NCBI GenBank assembly: GCA_964639785.1
Contig: CAZXEE010000003.1
Span: 21,384-85,383 of the forward strand
Source of the DNA: an uncultured Gammaproteobacteria bacterium
GTDB lineage: Bacteria > Patescibacteriota > Patescibacteriia > Patescibacteriales > UBA12465
Direction of reading: 5' to 3'
Length of the DNA: 64,000 bases
Shown: positions 34,767 through 43,463 of the stretch, piece after piece
Layout of the letters: the number at the start of each line of letters is the position of its first letter
How positions within the stretch are numbered: the first letter of the stretch is position 1
Program-made: the position numbers and the translations under genes
Notes under the pieces: model-generated
Databases searched by the model: none
Told to the model about the DNA's origin: nothing
Seen by the model: only the letters and a program-made list of their open reading frames with translations

Positions 34767-35937
34767 AAATAGCCATAACAATCTTTGGATCAATTTCCTT
34801 CATCTATATCAGCCGGCCAATGCTGACGCCTATCACATCCAAGAGGCGGCTGAGAAGAGCTATATCCGTTTGGTGCGAACTTTGGAAGAACATCCGGATC
34901 TGAAATTCACTTTCAATATCAGTGGTTGTCTTTTGTTGCGCTTGGAAGAGTTGGGATATATTGATTTGATTTTTCGGATCAAGAAATTGATTGTTCGAAA
35001 GCAATTAGAGCTTGTCGGCACTGCCGCTTATCACGCCCTTCTTCCTCTGGTTGGTGAGGACGAGGTTATCTGGCAGATCAAAGAGAATGAGACTATCTTG
35101 AAGAAGTATTTTGGTGCCGATTTCAAGCCCAAAGGCTTCTTTTTTCCGGAAATGGCTTATAGCCCGAAGGTGGCTAAGATTGTCAAAAAATTGGGTTACA
35201 AGTGGATCATTGTCGATGAAATCTTGTTTAATGGAAAATTGAATCAGATTGATTTTAATAATATTTATCAAGATGAGAATAGCGTCTTGAAGGTCGTTTT
35301 CCGCAACCGCCGCTTTAGCAATTCTTATGTACCGGATAATCTGGATGAATTCTTTTCTAAAGAAAGAATAGTCATTACCGCTACTGATGGCGAGCTGTAT
35401 GGTTTGCGCCATGAGGATCCGACTGGCGAGTTGGAGAAGATTCTGAAGACTGATTTATTCAAGACTCAGCTTATCAGTGACTTTATAAGTGATAGGAAGA
35501 GGGCCGTTAAGGTTAAATTATTGAGTGGTAACTGGGAGTCCACTCCGTTAGAGTTGAAGAATAATGAGTCATATTCTTTGTGGCAGAAGAAAGGCCACGA
35601 GATCCAGTCTGCTATCTGGGTCTTGGCTGACTTTGCCCAAAGCGTCGGACAGAAACACCGGAAGGATCCGAACTATCGCTGGTTCCATTGGCATTTGGTC
35701 AGAGGCTTGGCCAGCTGTACTTTCTGGTGGGCTAGCGGCCGTGATTTTTCTAAGAATTTCGGTCCGCGAGCTTGGAGTCCGGATGAGATTGAAAGAGGTA
35801 TTAATGAATTGATCAGGGCTATCCGGTCCTTGCATGACCATACTACCAAGTCGACCAAGATCAAGGCTGAAAAAATGTATATCCATATACAGCGTTTAAT
35901 CTGGGAAAAGCATTGGCGCTATTATTGGCAAAAATAA
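34756..35937 (+). CDS. Glycoside hydrolase family 57 protein (alpha-glucan active)
   Basis: The GH57 regions are NFLHLYQP, FFFPEMAYSP (nucleophile Glu) and ATDGELYGLRH (acid/base Asp). It overlaps glgA by 11 nt. Confidence 0.8.
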   Translation: MENKNSHNNLWINFLHLYQPANADAYHIQEAAEKSYIRLVRTLEEHPDLKFTFNISGCLLLRLEELGYIDLIFRIKKLIVRKQLELVGTAAYHALLPLVGEDEVIWQIKENETILKKYFGADFKPKGFFFPEMAYSPKVAKIVKKLGYKWIIVDEILFNGKLNQIDFNNIYQDENSVLKVVFRNRRFSNSYVPDNLDEFFSKERIVITATDGELYGLRHEDPTGELEKILKTDLFKTQLISDFISDRKRAVKVKLLSGNWESTPLELKNNESYSLWQKKGHEIQSAIWVLADFAQSVGQKHRKDPNYRWFHWHLVRGLASCTFWWASGRDFSKNFGPRAWSPDEIERGINELIRAIRSLHDHTTKSTKIKAEKMYIHIQRLIWEKHWRYYWQK

Positions 35938-35938
35938 T

Positions 35939-36976
35939 ATGAAAAAAATCGATGAATTGTTTGACGCGGAATATGTCCGCAAATTACTTTCACGCAAGAT
36001 ATTATCATCTTATCCGTCTTTTAAGAGGATTGAGAAAGTAAAAGTCATACCGCACAAGAAGCATGTCTGGGATAATACTTATCATATCGTGGTGGAGTTT
36101 TTGGTTTATTTCGAATCAGCTGATAAGCGGCTTCACAAGCTATCTATTTTTTGTTCGGCTCATAGCAACGAGAACCGGAAGAATGTTTATGATTCTCTGA
36201 AATTCTTATGGGATAGCGGGTTCGGTGATGAGCATTTTTCTATCCCTCGCCCTTTATTCTATTCCGCTTATTTCAATGGCACTTTTTATCGTGGTGTCGA
36301 CGGCCACAATTTGCATTATTATATTAGCAGCCAGAATTATGAAGAGATTGAGAAGATCGTGCCCCAGGCCGCTAAATGGTTTGCCAAGCTGCATAATCTG
36401 AATAATGTTTCCGGGTTCAATTATAATTCTGAGAATGGCCGGATTAGGACTGTGATTCCGGGTATTGATGCTATCCTGCAAGAGATCAAGAAAAAATATC
36501 CGCACTATCTGAATTTTTATGAGCGAGCCTATGACATTTTTATTACTAATGAAGAAAAATTTTTAAATAGCGCTGATAGATTGTGGCTGATCCATGGCGA
36601 TGCCCACCCGGAAAATATCATCAAGATGAATGATATCAAGACGGCCATCATCGATTTTACCGATATGTCGCTGGCGGACTATACGCGCGACCTTGGCTGC
36701 TTCTTGCAGCAATTCGAATACATGGGAGTCCAGAAGAAAAAATTGGATCCGGAATATGTCGCAAAGATCAGACAATTATTCTTAGACACTTATTTTGCTA
36801 ATTCTTTAGAGAAGCTGGACAATGAAGTCAAGGAACGGATCAATAATTATTATAATTGGACTATGATGCGGACGATCACTTATCTATTGACTGCCGGAGT
36901 GATCAATCGCGATGAAGCCAAATTGGAAAAGATCAATAATCTGGTCAACCAATTAAAAGATAATTTAGGCATCTAA
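35939..36976 (+). CDS. Aminoglycoside-phosphotransferase-fold (protein-kinase-like) small-molecule kinase
   Basis: The catalytic loop LIHGDAHPENI and the metal-binding IIDFTDM are present. It starts 1 nt after the GH57 stop. Confidence 0.7.
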   Translation: MKKIDELFDAEYVRKLLSRKILSSYPSFKRIEKVKVIPHKKHVWDNTYHIVVEFLVYFESADKRLHKLSIFCSAHSNENRKNVYDSLKFLWDSGFGDEHFSIPRPLFYSAYFNGTFYRGVDGHNLHYYISSQNYEEIEKIVPQAAKWFAKLHNLNNVSGFNYNSENGRIRTVIPGIDAILQEIKKKYPHYLNFYERAYDIFITNEEKFLNSADRLWLIHGDAHPENIIKMNDIKTAIIDFTDMSLADYTRDLGCFLQQFEYMGVQKKKLDPEYVAKIRQLFLDTYFANSLEKLDNEVKERINNYYNWTMMRTITYLLTAGVINRDEAKLEKINNLVNQLKDNLGI

Positions 36977-36977
36977 C

Positions 36978-38009
36978 ATGAATAAGGATAAAAAAATAAT
37001 CGCCCATATTCATGTCTGGGATAAGACTAATAAGGGGGACTTAGCTATAGTTCTGGCCGTTCAGCAATTATTAAAGAAGGAGCTCCCTGACTGCCGTATT
37101 ATTGATTTTCCGATAGAATCTTTAAAAGAATATAATCAGAAAAGGATCGATTTGATCAATTCAGCTGACTTCGTAGTTATTGGTGGTGGCGGAATCTTAT
37201 ATCGCTATTTTATGCCTTTCAGCCGAAAGGTCATTGCTGCTATCAAGAAACCGATAGTAATTTTTGGTGTCGGATATATCCGGGAGGTTGGCGGACAAGC
37301 TCTGAAAAAGAATGAAGTTGATAGTATTATCGCTTTAGTTAAAAAGGCTAAGGCTGTCGGAATCCGGGATTATTATACTAAACAATTTTTGATAAAGAAT
37401 GGGATTGATTCAAAAAAAGTCGAATTAGTTGGCGATCCGGCTGTCTTATTGGAAGAAGTCAAACCTCAGAATCTGAAACTGAAGGCGGGGATGAAAATCG
37501 GTCTCAATTTGAATTATTCTGGCTGGTTAGGTTTCGGCTTGTGGCGGGATGATATTCTGAGCGCTTATCGGCAAGTTGCCGAATATTTTATCAAGAATCA
37601 TGGAGCCCAGATTTATTATCTGAAACATCATCCCGGAGAAGATGCTATCTGGCCGGAGTTAGGTGTTCCTGGAATGAAAATAGTTGATCATTGCCCTTCT
37701 GAACAGAAGTATTTTTATGGCCAGTTGGATCTGGTAATCGGAATGATGCTCCACTCTTGCGTGATGGCCTTCGGTGCTGGCACTCCTGAAATAAACGTAG
37801 CTTATGATTTGCGTAACAAGAATTTTGCCAAGTTCATCGGCTGTCCGGAATTAGTGATCGATTTGAAAAGATTGAAGGACGGCCTCTTGCTCCAGAGAGC
37901 AAAAGAAGTCTTGTCTAAAGAATCCGATTATCGAAAAAAATTCGAAAACAGGATTGAAGATATCAAAAAGAAACAAGCGTCTTTTTTAAATTCAATAAAA
38001 AATAAGTAA
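36978..38009 (+). CDS. Polysaccharide pyruvyl transferase-family protein
   Basis: The PS_pyruv_trans-like motifs WDKTNKGDLAI, VIGGGGILY and VGIRDYYTKQFL are present. It starts 1 nt after the kinase stop. Confidence 0.65.
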   Translation: MNKDKKIIAHIHVWDKTNKGDLAIVLAVQQLLKKELPDCRIIDFPIESLKEYNQKRIDLINSADFVVIGGGGILYRYFMPFSRKVIAAIKKPIVIFGVGYIREVGGQALKKNEVDSIIALVKKAKAVGIRDYYTKQFLIKNGIDSKKVELVGDPAVLLEEVKPQNLKLKAGMKIGLNLNYSGWLGFGLWRDDILSAYRQVAEYFIKNHGAQIYYLKHHPGEDAIWPELGVPGMKIVDHCPSEQKYFYGQLDLVIGMMLHSCVMAFGAGTPEINVAYDLRNKNFAKFIGCPELVIDLKRLKDGLLLQRAKEVLSKESDYRKKFENRIEDIKKKQASFLNSIKNK

Positions 38010-38065
38010 TAGGGCTATGGTTTTCTCTATTGGAAAATTTTTAGAACCGTTTAGGAACCAAATTT

Positions 38066-39322
38066 ATGAAAAAAAATTCTTTGCCTAAAAGCCAAAAGGC
38101 CTTTACCCTAATAGAATTATTGGTCGTTATTGCTATTATCGGTCTTTTGGCGACTATTTCCATTTTAGCTTTGCAAAATGCTCGGGCTAAGTCCCGCGAT
38201 GCCAAACGGGTCGGGGATGCCAAGCAGATCCAGACCGCTTTGGAATTATTCTTCAGTGATAACAATAGATATCCGACAGTTGAAGAATGGAACACCGGAA
38301 AAATCTTTTCTACTACGACCGGTGTCACTTCTACTTATATGCAGATTATTCCGAATGCTCCGACTCCGGCTGACGGCAATTGTTCTAACGATGAAAATGT
38401 TATTTACTACACTCCATTGTCTGACGGTTCTTCCTATACCCTATCTTTCTGTCTGGGCGGTAATACTGGCACTCTTGATGCCGGGCCTAAGTGCCTGACT
38501 TCTGGCGGTATCCTGGATGAATATTGCGGCCGGATAGGTGATGATCTTTCTTGCCCCGGAAATCCGGTCGTCCAGTATGCCGGCGGCCCTTATGACGCTT
38601 TCGGATTAGTCCGCAATCAAGGCGGATATTATCGGACCGTATTAATCAATGGCCAATGTTGGCTGAGAGATAATTTGAATTTAGGCAGCCAGCTTTGTAA
38701 CACCGGAAATACTTGTACGATCGAACCTGATGATAGTTTTTCAATGAATGATATCCAGAAATATTGTTTCGCTAATGACTTAAACAATTGTGCGGTTTAT
38801 GGAGGCCTATACCCTTGGCCGGAAGCTATCGGATTGCCGAATAAATGTAAGGCTGGAAATTATACTTGCAGCGGCGGTACCTGCACCCATGCCTCTTATG
38901 CGGAATGTAATTATCCTGATCCGACCGTTACGCCGCGGCGCGGTATCTGTCCATCTGGCTGGCATATTCCTTCGGATGTCGAGCAGGATGTATTAGACCA
39001 ATATGCCAAAGATTCCGGTTCAAGCTGTAATGCGAGCCGTTACGGCGATGATTGCGCCAATGCTGGTTCAAGGTTAAAGTCTAGCACTTGGAATGGAACC
39101 GATGAATTCGGTTTTGGAGTTCTTCCGGCTGGAGGTTGGAGCGGCTGGTATCGGGCTTATGCCGATTTGGGTACGCAAGGGGTTATCTGGTCATCTTCTC
39201 CTTCGCTTGCTCCTTATGCTCAGTATTCTTTGGGCCGGTATTTTGATGATGATAAGTCTACTGTTTATCGTGATTGGAACGGCCGGAATTATGCTTATTC
39301 CATCCGCTGCTTGAAAGATTAG
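38066..39322 (+). CDS. Type IV pilin-like protein (prepilin N-terminal methylation motif) fused to a Cys-rich FISUMP (TIGR02145-type) domain
   Basis: The class III signal is KAFTLIELLVVIAIIGLLATI. The C-terminal motifs are GQCWLRDNLN, YGGLYPWPEA, CPSGWHIPS, GFGVLPAGG, VIWSSS and YSIRCLKD. The protein has 18 Cys. Confidence 0.8.
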   Translation: MKKNSLPKSQKAFTLIELLVVIAIIGLLATISILALQNARAKSRDAKRVGDAKQIQTALELFFSDNNRYPTVEEWNTGKIFSTTTGVTSTYMQIIPNAPTPADGNCSNDENVIYYTPLSDGSSYTLSFCLGGNTGTLDAGPKCLTSGGILDEYCGRIGDDLSCPGNPVVQYAGGPYDAFGLVRNQGGYYRTVLINGQCWLRDNLNLGSQLCNTGNTCTIEPDDSFSMNDIQKYCFANDLNNCAVYGGLYPWPEAIGLPNKCKAGNYTCSGGTCTHASYAECNYPDPTVTPRRGICPSGWHIPSDVEQDVLDQYAKDSGSSCNASRYGDDCANAGSRLKSSTWNGTDEFGFGVLPAGGWSGWYRAYADLGTQGVIWSSSPSLAPYAQYSLGRYFDDDKSTVYRDWNGRNYAYSIRCLKD

Positions 39323-39326
39323 CTTT

Positions 39327-39355
39327 TTGACATCACATTATTTAAATGCTATCAT
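39327..39355 (+). promoter_or_regulatory. Promoter (TTGACA -17- TATCAT) upstream of nusA
   Basis: The -35 lies at 39327-39332 and the -10 at 39350-39355, with an exact 17-nt spacer. Confidence 0.55.
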
Positions 39356-39361
39356 TTAATC

Positions 39362-39396
39362 AAGACTAATTGTTTATATAACGATTAGTCTTTTTT
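39362..39396 (+). terminator. Intrinsic terminator-like hairpin between the promoter and the nusA start
   Basis: A 9-bp stem (AAGACTAAT 39362-39370 / ATTAGTCTT 39384-39392) has a 13-nt loop and is followed by T6. Confidence 0.6.
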
Positions 39397-39414
39397 AAAA
39401 ATAATTTTAATTCT

Positions 39415-40806
39415 ATGTCAGAAATAACGAATGCTATCAAGCAGATCTGCGAAGAAAAGAAACTAGACTTCGACTCTGTTGTTAGCACTATCGAGTTGGC
39501 TTTGGCAGCTGCTTATCGGAAAGATTTTGGCCAGAAGAACCAGAATATCAAGGTCAAATTCAATCCGGAAACAGCTCATTCCAAAATCTTCGATATTAAG
39601 ACCGTAGTGGAAGACTTGCCGGAGGAAGAGCTGGCTGCCTTGGAAGCTGAAATGGAAAATCGAGCTTTGCCAAAAGGAGCCGAATCAGAAGGCCGATGGG
39701 AACATGTCGAAGGCGAAGAGGAGAAGAAACGTTTTAATCCTAAGACTGAGATCCAATTGAAGGATGCCGTCCTGATTAAGGCTGATGCTAAGATCGGCGA
39801 TGAGATTGTGATGGAATTGCCGGAGCCGGAAGATTACGGCCGAATGGCTGCTCAGACTGCTAAGCAGGTTATTATCCAGAAGCTGCGTGAAGTAGAGCGC
39901 GATATGGTCTTTAATGAATTTAAGGATAAGGAGCACGAAGTGGTTACCGGTATCGTCCAGAGACAGGAAGGCCGCTTGGTCTTTGTCGATTTGGGTAAGG
40001 CTATCGGCATCTTGCCGATGGAAGAACAAATTCCAGGTGAATCATATCCGATTAATGGCCGGGTCAAGGTCTATGTCAAAGAGGTTAGAGCTGGACAGAA
40101 AGGCGCTGAAGTGGTTTTGTCCCGCCGTTCCGAAGAAATCTTGAAGAAAGTTTTCTATCTGGAAATTCCGGAAATTTCTAATGGCTTGATCAAGATCGAG
40201 AGCGTCGCTCGCGAAGCCGGTTCTCGTTCTAAGGTGGCTATTTCGACTGACTCTGACAATATCGACCCGGTCGGTTCTTGCGTCGGACAACGCGGCAGCC
40301 GTATCCAGACTATCATCAGCGAGTTAGGTGGAGAAAAGGTAGATATCATCGAATATGATGAAGATCCGGTCAAGTATATCAGCAATGCTTTGTCTCCAGC
40401 CAAGATCATGGGTATCACTTTGAATCCTGGTGATCGTCGGGCTGTAGTTAAGGTTAGTCCTGATAAGTTATCCTTGGCTATCGGAAAGAGCGGTCAGAAT
40501 GTTCGTTTGGCAGCTAAGCTAACCAATTGGAAGATTGATATCATTCCTTACAACGAAGCTGAAGAGGCTAAGGCGGCTGAAGAAGCTGCTGCTAAGGAAG
40601 CGGCTGAAGCGGAAAAGAAGAAGGTCGTGAAAAAAGAAAAGGTGGAAAAGGAAGTTAAAGAGAAAAAAGAAAAAGTAGAAAAGAAAGAAACTAAAAAAGC
40701 GGTTAAGAAAGAAGACAAGCCGAAGAAAGAAAAGGCCGTGAAGAAAGAGGTCAAGGAAAAGAAGGCTGTCAGCAAGACTGCTAAGACAAAAAAAGAGAAA
40801 AAATAA
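39415..40806 (+). CDS. nusA: Transcription termination/antitermination factor NusA with a Lys/Glu-rich C-terminal tail
   Basis: The N-terminal domain, an S1 domain and two KH domains (VGSCVGQRGSRIQ; AIGKSGQNVRLA) are present. The ~85-aa tail reads EAEEAKAAEEAAAKEAAEAEKKKVVKKEK... Confidence 0.95.
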   Translation: MSEITNAIKQICEEKKLDFDSVVSTIELALAAAYRKDFGQKNQNIKVKFNPETAHSKIFDIKTVVEDLPEEELAALEAEMENRALPKGAESEGRWEHVEGEEEKKRFNPKTEIQLKDAVLIKADAKIGDEIVMELPEPEDYGRMAAQTAKQVIIQKLREVERDMVFNEFKDKEHEVVTGIVQRQEGRLVFVDLGKAIGILPMEEQIPGESYPINGRVKVYVKEVRAGQKGAEVVLSRRSEEILKKVFYLEIPEISNGLIKIESVAREAGSRSKVAISTDSDNIDPVGSCVGQRGSRIQTIISELGGEKVDIIEYDEDPVKYISNALSPAKIMGITLNPGDRRAVVKVSPDKLSLAIGKSGQNVRLAAKLTNWKIDIIPYNEAEEAKAAEEAAAKEAAEAEKKKVVKKEKVEKEVKEKKEKVEKKETKKAVKKEDKPKKEKAVKKEVKEKKAVSKTAKTKKEKK

Positions 40807-40870
40807 TTTAACTTGTTAGAGCTTCAACTATCAATCATTGGTGGTTTTCGTTCTGACAAATAATTGCTTT

Positions 40871-42862
40871 ATGGCAACAACCTTAATCATCATCGGTGGC
40901 GCATTGGCAGCCATCATCTATGGATTAATATCCATCCGTGTCATCTTGAAATTACCTTCCGGTAATGAAAGAATGCAAGAAATCGCTTCAGCTATCCAAG
41001 CCGGAGCTAAAGCTTTCTTGAATCGCCAGTATAAGACCGTAGCGGCCGTAGCTGCTGTCTTGTTTGTTATCGTCGGTTTCGTATTGGGCTGGATGACAGC
41101 CTTAGCTTTCTTGGTCGGTGCTGCTTTGTCAGCTTTGACCGGTTATATCGGAATGTTTATTTCCGTTCGGGCTAATGTTAAAACTACTGAAGCAGCTCGC
41201 AATGGCATGAAGAAGGCTCTGGGCGTCGCTGTTAAGGGCGGTAGTATTACCGGTATGTTAGTGGTCGGTTTAGCTTTGTTAGGAACCGCCGCTTTCTATT
41301 TCTTAACTAAAGATTTGCATGCCTTGATCGGTTTTGCTTTCGGCGGTTCTTTGATTTCTATCTTCGCTCGTTTGGGCGGCGGTATCTATACCAAAGCAGC
41401 TGACGTTGGAGCTGATTTGATCGGAAAGGTAGAAGCTGGTATCCCGGAAGATGATCCTCGTAACCCGGCTGTGATTGCTGATAACGTCGGTGACAATGTT
41501 GGTGATTGCGCTGGTATGGCCGCTGACTTATTTGAAACCTATGCTGTGACTTCTATCGCTGCTATGGTTTTAGGTTCTCTTTTCTTCCCAAACTCTGAAA
41601 CCGCTGTAGTTTTTCCATTAGTATTGGGAGCTGTTTCCATCATCGCTTCTATCGCTGGCATCTTCTTCATCAGATTGGGTAAGAGCCAGAACATCATGAA
41701 TGCTTTGTACAAAGGTTTGATCGCTGCCGGAGTCTTGAGTGCTATCGCTTTCTGGCCGGTTATCAATTGGTTGATGAAAGACAATGGCCAATACGGTACT
41801 TTGAATATCTATTTTGCCGCTTTAGTCGGTTTAGCCGTTACCGGATTATTGGTATTCATCACTGAATATTACACTTCAACTAAATACAATCCAGTTAAAT
41901 CTATCGCTGAAGCTTCTACTACCGGACATGGCACTAACATCATTGCTGGTCTGGCTGTCTCTATGAAGTCTACCGCTTTACCAATCTTGGTAATCGCTGC
42001 TTCAATGTTAATGGCTTTTGAATTAGCTGGAATCTATGGTATCGCTATCGCTGCTGTCGCTATGTTATCTATGGCTGGTATTATCGTTACTATCGATGCT
42101 TATGGTCCGATCACTGACAATGCTGGAGGTATCGCTGAAATGGCTGAATTAGGCGATGATGTCCGTGATATCACTGATCCATTGGACGCTGTCGGTAATA
42201 CTACTAAGGCTGTTACCAAGGGTTATGCTATCGGTTCAGCTGCTTTGGCTGCCTTAGTTTTGTTCGCTGATTTCACTTACAAGATTAGAGATAATGGCGG
42301 ATTAGTCCAATTCTTGATTGATAATCCTTACGTTTTAGTCGGCTTATTCATCGGTGGATTATTACCATACCTTTTCGGAGCTCTGTCTATGCAGGCTGTC
42401 GGTAAGGCTGCTGGTTCAGTCGTTGAGGATGTCCGGGCTCAATTCAAAGAAAAGCCAGGAATCATGGACAAGACTGAAAAACCAGATTATGGACGGACCG
42501 TTGATATCGTTACCAAGGCGGCTATCAAGCAGATGATTTTGCCGGCTTTGATCCCGGTTGTCGCTCCAATCTTAGTCGGATTCTTGTTGGGCATCCAGGC
42601 TTTGGGAGGCTTGCTGGTCGGTTCAATCATTACCGGTATCTTTGTGGCTATCTCTATGACTTCCGGTGGAGGCGCTTGGGATAATGCCAAGAAATATATC
42701 GAGTTGGGAAATTTCGGCGGCAAGGGTTCTGATGCTCATAAGGCTGCTGTTACCGGCGATACTGTCGGTGATCCTTACAAGGATACTGCCGGACCAGCTA
42801 TCAATCCGATGATCAAGATCTTGAACATCGTCGCTTTGTTGATTGTCGGTTTATTGCTCTAA
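40871..42862 (+). CDS. hppA: Membrane-integral H+-translocating pyrophosphatase, K+-independent type
   Basis: The motifs [19 protein letters not shown] and [21 protein letters not shown] are present (Lys in GNTTKA marks the K+-independent subfamily), along with [10 protein letters not shown]. The start is taken at the ATG at 40871 ([10 protein letters not shown]); the track ORF begins at a TTG at 40838. Confidence 0.95.
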   Translation: MATTLIIIGGALAAIIYGLISIRVILKLPSGNERMQEIASAIQAGAKAFLNRQYKTVAAVAAVLFVIVGFVLGWMTALAFLVGAALSALTGYIGMFISVRANVKTTEAARNGMKKALGVAVKGGSITGMLVVGLALLGTAAFYFLTKDLHALIGFAFGGSLISIFARLGGGIYTKAADVGADLIGKVEAGIPEDDPRNPAVIADNVGDNVGDCAGMAADLFETYAVTSIAAMVLGSLFFPNSETAVVFPLVLGAVSIIASIAGIFFIRLGKSQNIMNALYKGLIAAGVLSAIAFWPVINWLMKDNGQYGTLNIYFAALVGLAVTGLLVFITEYYTSTKYNPVKSIAEASTTGHGTNIIAGLAVSMKSTALPILVIAASMLMAFELAGIYGIAIAAVAMLSMAGIIVTIDAYGPITDNAGGIAEMAELGDDVRDITDPLDAVGNTTKAVTKGYAIGSAALAALVLFADFTYKIRDNGGLVQFLIDNPYVLVGLFIGGLLPYLFGALSMQAVGKAAGSVVEDVRAQFKEKPGIMDKTEKPDYGRTVDIVTKAAIKQMILPALIPVVAPILVGFLLGIQALGGLLVGSIITGIFVAISMTSGGGAWDNAKKYIELGNFGGKGSDAHKAAVTGDTVGDPYKDTAGPAINPMIKILNIVALLIVGLLL

Positions 42863-42887
42863 TATAGTTAGTTAGAAGATAAGAAAA

Positions 42888-42920
42888 AAGACGCTCCATC
42901 AGGGGCGTCTTTTGTTTTTT
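42888..42920. terminator. Bidirectional terminator between convergent hppA and the dksA-like gene
   Basis: A 10-bp stem (AAGACGCTCC 42888-42897 / GGGGCGTCTT 42902-42911) is flanked by an A-run and a T-run. Confidence 0.75.
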
Positions 42921-42934
42921 GTCAGTTTCGTTTT

Positions 42935-43306
42935 TTAGTTTTTGTTGGTTTGCGACGGACATTTAACGCAGGTGCTGGCTGTCGGCATGGCCTTTAATCT
43001 TCCAATCGGTATTTGGCCATGACATCTTGTGCAGATTCCGTAACCGCCATCATCGATTTTTTTTAAGGTTTTTTCCAGCCCTCTAATGTCGCCTTCTAAT
43101 TTTCCAATCGTATTAAAGCTATCAACTTTGGTTTTGTCTACGACTTCTTCGGACTTGGTGTTGTCCTCCAACCGGGTTATTTCAGCTTTTTTTTGGTTGA
43201 TGATTTTTTCAATTTTTTTTCTTTGTTCGTCAAGGAACTGATCGCGTTCCACCATTGTTTCGATTTTTTCCATCAGCATTGATTTTTGATTTTTTCTATT
43301 ATGCAT
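42935..43306 (-). CDS. DksA/TraR-family C4 zinc-finger protein
   Basis: A coiled-coil N-terminal half is followed by a C-terminal CTRCHGQIPIGRLKAMPTASTCVKC. Confidence 0.7.
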   Translation of the reverse strand: MHNRKNQKSMLMEKIETMVERDQFLDEQRKKIEKIINQKKAEITRLEDNTKSEEVVDKTKVDSFNTIGKLEGDIRGLEKTLKKIDDGGYGICTRCHGQIPIGRLKAMPTASTCVKCPSQTNKN

Positions 43307-43463
43307 TTTTTTGTTTGTTTTGTCAAGGATATTTTTTTCTTTTGTTTCTGGCGGTTAGGCAAAAATTGCAAAATAAGTTATAATCTAAGGGTAAGAAATG
43401 GTTTTCTTGCTTTTTAGCGTTAAGATGCTAGAATTAGGTTCTAATAATAATTAAGCAAATACT

